Positions 59,067 to 64,000 of a stretch of 64,000 bases of DNA are shown piece after piece (the stretch's first letter is position 1; each line of letters begins with the position of its first letter). Where the stretch lies: the NCBI GenBank assembly GCA_965205215.1, contig OZ242041.1, positions 2,016,001 to 2,080,000 of the forward strand, in the 5' to 3' direction. Origin of the DNA: Nitrosopumilus sp. Lineage in GTDB: Archaea; Thermoproteota; Nitrososphaeria; Nitrososphaerales; Nitrosopumilaceae. The notes beneath the pieces are model-generated. The model searched no databases, was not told the DNA's origin, and saw only the letters and a list, made by a program, of their open reading frames with translations. A program made the translations under genes and the position numbers.

Positions 59067-59210
59067 ATGGTTGAAGCATATTGCGTCAAATGCAGAGCAA
59101 AGTGTGAGATCAAGAACCCACAAGAGACCACGCTAAAGAACGGAAGGCCAGCCGTCAAGGGCACCTGTCCCGTATGTGGAACCGGCGTCTTTAGGATTGG
59201 CAAGCCATAA
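59067..59210 (+). CDS. 47-aa DUF5679-type zinc ribbon
   Basis: Manual translation MVEAYCVKCRAKCEIKNPQETTLKNGRPAVKGTCPVCGTGVFRIGKP. Below the ORF-track size cutoff. Confidence 0.88.
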   Translation: MVEAYCVKCRAKCEIKNPQETTLKNGRPAVKGTCPVCGTGVFRIGKP

Positions 59211-59274
59211 CACCCGGAGTTCCGACTCCATTTTTTCAAAACCCATATAGCGTGTGCTGTCGAGGGCCCCTGTA

Positions 59275-59706
59275 ATGGCGGCAAAAGACTACGAGGCCCT
59301 GCTCAAGAGGATCGAGGGGGAGATCGGCCGGGGGCAGAGGCGCGACGACGGCCGGTCCGCGCGGTTCGAGCTGCCGGTGGTCGACGTGATGCGGGAGGGG
59401 CAGAAGACCTTTCTGCGGAACTTTGCAGAGTTCCCAAAGGTGCTGAGGCGCGATCCGGACAAGCTGCTCCAGTACCTGTCAAAGGAGTTCGCGGTGCCGG
59501 CCGAGCGGATAGGCGACAAGGCCATGTTCATCGGCAGGAGGGACCCCGACGACTTTACGCGTCTGTTCCAGATATACGTAAAGGACTATCTCGAGTGCCC
59601 CACCTGCAAGAGCCCGGACACGAAGACGTCCAGGGAGAACCGGATATCGTTTCTGATATGCGAGGCGTGCGGGGCAAAATCCACGCTAAAGGGCAAGTAC
59701 GCGTGA
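59275..59706 (+). CDS. eif2b: Translation initiation factor aIF-2 beta
   Basis: RFE.P, T..RNF, L.R, CPTCKSPDT, CEACGA. Confidence 0.95.
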   Translation: MAAKDYEALLKRIEGEIGRGQRRDDGRSARFELPVVDVMREGQKTFLRNFAEFPKVLRRDPDKLLQYLSKEFAVPAERIGDKAMFIGRRDPDDFTRLFQIYVKDYLECPTCKSPDTKTSRENRISFLICEACGAKSTLKGKYA

Positions 59707-59710
59707 TAGC

Positions 59711-60010
59711 ATGTTTTCGGCGCGCGTCTCCGAATACCAAGGAAACATGATGCTCAACATGTGCGATGCGGAACTGCTCGGCAGGAGCATAGGACAGGAG
59801 GGCGACGATCACACCATGCACATCAGCGAGGAATATTATGGCGGGGAAATAATATCCAGAGAAAAGGCGTCGAGGCTGCTCAGGGACTCGTCCATCATCA
59901 ACATGGCCGGAGAAAAGGCCGTCTCGCTGGCCGCCGAGCTCGGCGTCGGCTCAAGGGACGGCGCCAGAATAATATCCAACGTTCCGTTTCTCCTGATTTT
60001 CAAAATGTAG
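59711..60010 (+). CDS. DUF424 family protein
   Basis: CD.ELLG, I.E.YYGG, IIN..G..AV, I.NVP. Confidence 0.9.
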   Translation: MFSARVSEYQGNMMLNMCDAELLGRSIGQEGDDHTMHISEEYYGGEIISREKASRLLRDSSIINMAGEKAVSLAAELGVGSRDGARIISNVPFLLIFKM

Positions 60011-60387
60011 GCTATGCGCCCGTGTGACGGGATCGTACGCGCCAAACATGATCCAAATTTAAAATGACGGCCTGAAATCTGTTGCCGCAGTGCGCGAAGT
60101 TGTTATGCGCATGGCGGGTAATTTTGCTGTCGGTGACTATATTGGATATGGCAGATACGATCTTTCATGCAATGCGGGGGCCGGCGCGCCGCGCCACACA
60201 GCGCCGCGTACGGGCCCGGCGCGCGTCCACGAGCTGATAATATGATCAACTCTATGCGCCCGGCCGCCGCATGCGGCTACATGGCATCGCGCCGCACGCC
60301 CCGCCTGAAAACCGTAGGGTTCGTCCGGCGGCGGGGCCATGCAAGCCGGACGGAAATCAATTTTAGCCGGCGGCGCGATACACTGTC

Positions 60388-61287
60388 ATGAGCAGGGGGA
60401 CGGGCAGCCATACCGGCGATGATCATAACGGGCATGGTGACGGCGATGGCGGCATGCAGGACGGCCCGGCCCCCGGCGAGGCATTTGAGGAGATGCTAGA
60501 GCCCAAGCTGCACCACCGCAGGCGGAGGGAGCTGGCAGACGGCTTCAAGAAGAACAAGGTGGTAAACGAGGTGCTTGACAAGCGCACCGTGATGACCCTC
60601 TACAAGATGATAACTGACGGCATACTCTCAGGCGTCAACGGCTCGGTGAGCGCAGGCAAGGAGTCGCTGGTGTTCTGGGGCCTGGGCCCCACGGGGGCGG
60701 ACGTCGCCCTCAAGATATACCTGGTCAGCACCTCCAACTTCAAGCGCCGGCAGGCATACATGGAGGGCGACCCGAGGTTTGCCTCAGTCAGGGGGGGCAC
60801 GCGCAACATGGTGTACCTCTGGGCAAGAAAGGAGTTCCGCAACCTGACGCAGTGCGCCGAGGCCGGCATTCCCGTTCCGAGGCCCATCCATGTCGCAAAC
60901 AACGTCCTGGCAATGGAGTTCATAGACGCGGGACACGCCCCCGATTCTGGCGTCGACGACGACGGCAGCGCCAGAGGCCGCCCTGCCGCGCAGCTGCTGC
61001 ACTGGCCTGTCGACGACAGCGACTACCGCGGGGCCCTGTCCATGCTCAGGGACATGTATGCAAAGGCAAACCTCGTACACGGGGACTACTCAGAGTATAA
61101 CATTTTCAAGGTGCGCGGCAGGGGGCTTGTCGTGTTCGACCTGGGGTCTGCAGTGGACCGGCGGCACCCTAACGCGCGCATGTTTCTTCAAAGAGATATT
61201 AACAACATTACAAGATTCTTTGAGAAGAAGGGGGTAAGCGTGGACGATCCAGGCCGTATCATGGAGGAGATGACATCATCATCATGA
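60388..61287 (+). CDS. rio1: RIO1 serine kinase
   Basis: S.GKES.V, A.KIY, W..KEF.NL, LVHGD.SEYNI, FDLG.AV. Confidence 0.95.
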   Translation: MSRGTGSHTGDDHNGHGDGDGGMQDGPAPGEAFEEMLEPKLHHRRRRELADGFKKNKVVNEVLDKRTVMTLYKMITDGILSGVNGSVSAGKESLVFWGLGPTGADVALKIYLVSTSNFKRRQAYMEGDPRFASVRGGTRNMVYLWARKEFRNLTQCAEAGIPVPRPIHVANNVLAMEFIDAGHAPDSGVDDDGSARGRPAAQLLHWPVDDSDYRGALSMLRDMYAKANLVHGDYSEYNIFKVRGRGLVVFDLGSAVDRRHPNARMFLQRDINNITRFFEKKGVSVDDPGRIMEEMTSSS

Positions 61288-61874
61288 TGTTTGACAAGAT
61301 GATCCGAATACCGCACGAGCGGGTGGCGGTGCTGATCGGAAAAAAAGGCTCGGTGAAATCCGAGATAGAGCGCAGGTGCGGGGTCGCTATCTCAGTGGAC
61401 GGCTCAACCGGCGAGGTGTGGGTGTCCGCGGAGGGTGACGCGGCCGGCGAGAAGTACGCCCCCTTCAAGGCAGTAGAGATAGTAATGGCCATCGGCAGGG
61501 GTTTTGCGCCCGACATCGCCATGACGCTGCTCGAGGATGAGAACTCGCTGCACGTGATAAGCCTGGCCGATTTCGGGGGCAAGTCGCGCGCCAACATCGA
61601 GAGGATAAGGGGTAGGATTATAGGAGAGCGCGGCAGAGCAAGGAAAAACATGGAGCAGCTCAGCGGCACCCGGATATCCGTATATGGAAAGACGGTTTCG
61701 ATTATCGGGGCAGGAAGCAGGCTGAAGCGCGCCGCCGACGCGGTCGGCGCAATATCCGGTGGAAGCATGCACGGGGCGGTATACAACCGGCTCGAGGCCG
61801 CGAACCGGCGGCAGAGGCAGGAACGAATGATCCTGTGGGAAGAGAAGACGGGTGTCGTTCATGGTTCAGATTAA
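61284..61874 (+). CDS. KH-domain pre-rRNA processing protein (Dim2/Pno1)
   Basis: LIGKKG, AIGRGF, RGRIIG..G, G..H..VY..L. Confidence 0.93.
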   Translation: MMFDKMIRIPHERVAVLIGKKGSVKSEIERRCGVAISVDGSTGEVWVSAEGDAAGEKYAPFKAVEIVMAIGRGFAPDIAMTLLEDENSLHVISLADFGGKSRANIERIRGRIIGERGRARKNMEQLSGTRISVYGKTVSIIGAGSRLKRAADAVGAISGGSMHGAVYNRLEAANRRQRQERMILWEEKTGVVHGSD

Positions 61875-64000
61875 GGAGCGGTTCAACCAGATCTCGCCGA
61901 GCGAATTCTTCTACAGCAACAGGGACCTTGCAGGATTCAGCAACCCTACGCGCTCGCTGTATACTGCCGTCCGCGAACTGGTCGAGAACTCCCTTGACGC
62001 ATGCGACCAGAAGGGCATACTTCCAAACGTGCACCTCATGATAAAGGCAGTGGACCCGTCAAAGCCGGATCCGCGCCACTACATACTGACCGTCAAGGAC
62101 AACGGTCCCGGGGTCGACGCAGACCACATACCGCTTGCGTTTGGAACGGTCCTGTACGGCTCAAAGTTCGGGCTCAAGCAGGCGCGCGGCATGTTCGGGC
62201 TCGGGGCCACCATGGCGATACTGTACGGGCAGATCACCACCAACACGCCGGTCGTGGTGCACAGCTCCGTGGACGGAAAGACGCAGGACAGGTTTGAGAT
62301 ACTGCTCGACATACAGAAGAACAAGCCCGTGATAGTAAGGCACGAGACGCGCGAGGTGTCCAAGGTGGGGTTGTCGGTAAGCATATGCCTGGAGGGCGAC
62401 TACTCAAAGGCCGGCTCCAAGATACGCGACTATGTGTACGAGACGTCGCTGATTACGCCGTATGCGACCATAAAGTTTGACGATCCGAAGGGGCAGTCCT
62501 TTTCGCACCCCAGGTTCGTAAAGGAGATACCGCCCCCGCCCACCATAATCAGGCCGCACCCGCACGGGGTGGACGTGGAGCGCATACGGCGCATGATCGT
62601 CGAGTCGCAGTTTGACATACCCGTGGTGAACAGCGCGATGATCTCAAAGATATGCAAGGACATAGGGGTCAAGAAGGACGCCGACTTTGCAAAGATAATG
62701 TCGCGCACCGCAAAAAAATGGAAGGGGCTCACGAGGCACGTCAGGATCGTACTTGCCATGATGTCGTTTATGAAGATGGGATTCGACGCCATTAGCCGCG
62801 TCCGGATAGAGGACATCGACGTGGCAAACGGCCTGATATCATACTGGGACTTTGCGACATCCGATACAAAGTCCGTCCCGATGAGCAGCGACAGCCCCTA
62901 CTACAGGCAGCTTGCAAACACGGTTCAGGGAGAGCAGCTTGCGGCGTTCCTCACGAAGCGGTTCCAGCGCGTGGGCGCGAGCACGGCCGCCAAGTTTTCC
63001 GAGTTCGCGGGGTTCAAGCCGGAGAAGAGGGTGGGCACCCTGACGAACCAGGAGCTTGTGGGCCTGAGCGACTCGCTTCAAAAGTATGACGCGTTCTTGG
63101 CGCCCGACTCCAGCTGCCTTGCGCCCCTCGGAGCCGAGCCGCTTGAAAAGGGGATTGCAAAGTTCTTTGAGCCGGACTTTTCGGCGGTGGTGCAGCGGCC
63201 CGCGTCGGCGTACTCTGGATTCCCGTTCGTCGTGGAGATGGGGATCGCGTACGGGGGGCAGATACCGTCCGGAGGTCCGCACGTGTACCGGTTTGCCAAC
63301 CGCATCCCCCTGCTGTACGACGAGGGGAGCGACGTGGTACTGAAGGTGGTAAACGACATCGACTGGGCCCGCTACAAGGTAAAGGGCGACCCGCCGTTTG
63401 TCATCGTGTCGCACATATGCTCCACGCGCGTCCCGTACAAGACGGCCGGAAAGGAGAACGTGGCCGACAGGCCCGAGATAGAGCGCGAACTGCGGCTGGC
63501 CCTGCAGTACCTGTCCAGAAAGCTTGCCGGCTACATGTCCAAGAGGGGGCAGGCCGAGGCTGCAAAGAGGCGCGCAAACCTGTACGCAAAATACGTTCCG
63601 ATGATCGCCCAGTTCTGCACCGAACTGTCAGGCAGAAGGAAAGAGCCGGCATACCAGAAGGTTCTCCGAAATACGTCCTTTGGGAATACGCTTGACGCAG
63701 AGGTGGCATCGGCCTCATCATCATCATCATCATCATCGCTACAACAATCCAAGACCGGCGAGCGCGGTGCAAGCAGCGACCATGACGATAACGACGCGTC
63801 CGGCAACGGTCAGGATCAAACCGATGATGCAGCACCCGCCGGCGCGCCCGACATAAAAGGCAGTAGCTCCGACATCTCAGTTGGGGAAATGAAGGCGTTT
63901 GACGACACCGGCGGTACTTTGGTCTCCGCCCCCGGCGGCAGGAAAAAGGCTGCAGTCCGAAGAACCGCTGCATCCTCAAAGAAGGCCCGCTCTTCGAAGA
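61861..64000 (+). CDS. top6B: DNA topoisomerase VI subunit B (3' end beyond window)
   Basis: MVQIKERFNQISPSEFFYSNRDLAGFSNP, RELVENSLDA, DNGPG, YGSKF..KQARG.FGLG, PHPHG, RFANRIPL. No stop seen before the window end. Confidence 0.95.
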   Translation, partial: MVQIKERFNQISPSEFFYSNRDLAGFSNPTRSLYTAVRELVENSLDACDQKGILPNVHLMIKAVDPSKPDPRHYILTVKDNGPGVDADHIPLAFGTVLYGSKFGLKQARGMFGLGATMAILYGQITTNTPVVVHSSVDGKTQDRFEILLDIQKNKPVIVRHETREVSKVGLSVSICLEGDYSKAGSKIRDYVYETSLITPYATIKFDDPKGQSFSHPRFVKEIPPPPTIIRPHPHGVDVERIRRMIVESQFDIPVVNSAMISKICKDIGVKKDADFAKIMSRTAKKWKGLTRHVRIVLAMMSFMKMGFDAISRVRIEDIDVANGLISYWDFATSDTKSVPMSSDSPYYRQLANTVQGEQLAAFLTKRFQRVGASTAAKFSEFAGFKPEKRVGTLTNQELVGLSDSLQKYDAFLAPDSSCLAPLGAEPLEKGIAKFFEPDFSAVVQRPASAYSGFPFVVEMGIAYGGQIPSGGPHVYRFANRIPLLYDEGSDVVLKVVNDIDWARYKVKGDPPFVIVSHICSTRVPYKTAGKENVADRPEIERELRLALQYLSRKLAGYMSKRGQAEAAKRRANLYAKYVPMIAQFCTELSGRRKEPAYQKVLRNTSFGNTLDAEVASASSSSSSSSLQQSKTGERGASSDHDDNDASGNGQDQTDDAAPAGAPDIKGSSSDISVGEMKAFDDTGGTLVSAPGGRKKAAVRRTAASSKKARSSK

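Overview
This is a GC-rich archaeal chromosomal segment. Gene content and order (histone, aIF-2beta/RIO1/Dim2/TopoVIB cluster, ThiS-Cgi121 fusion, intron-containing tRNA) fit Nitrososphaerota (Thaumarchaeota, Nitrosopumilaceae). The high GC, IS load and large repeat surface protein suggest, but do not prove, a Cenarchaeum-like host-associated lineage. 0-2.1 kb holds a partial IS630-like gene and a complete ISH3-type IS (20-bp TIRs, 5-bp TSD, frameshifted transposase). 2-15 kb is a surface-glycan cluster. Core genes follow: aconitase, pdxST, valS, queD, purB, rtcB, rps11, thiL, PMM, histone, tatD, rps17e, t6A genes, purA, pyrF, uppS, aIF-2beta, rio1, top6B. Also present are three tRNAs (Trp with two introns, Thr, Cys), two toxin-antitoxin modules (one repeat-flanked with a nonsense-disrupted Doc) and a DUF285/PKD repeat adhesin. 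The most unusual item is a transposase-less TnpB gene bounded by ~18-bp terminal inverted repeats and a short target-site duplication. All calls come from motif recognition by eye; no searches were run.
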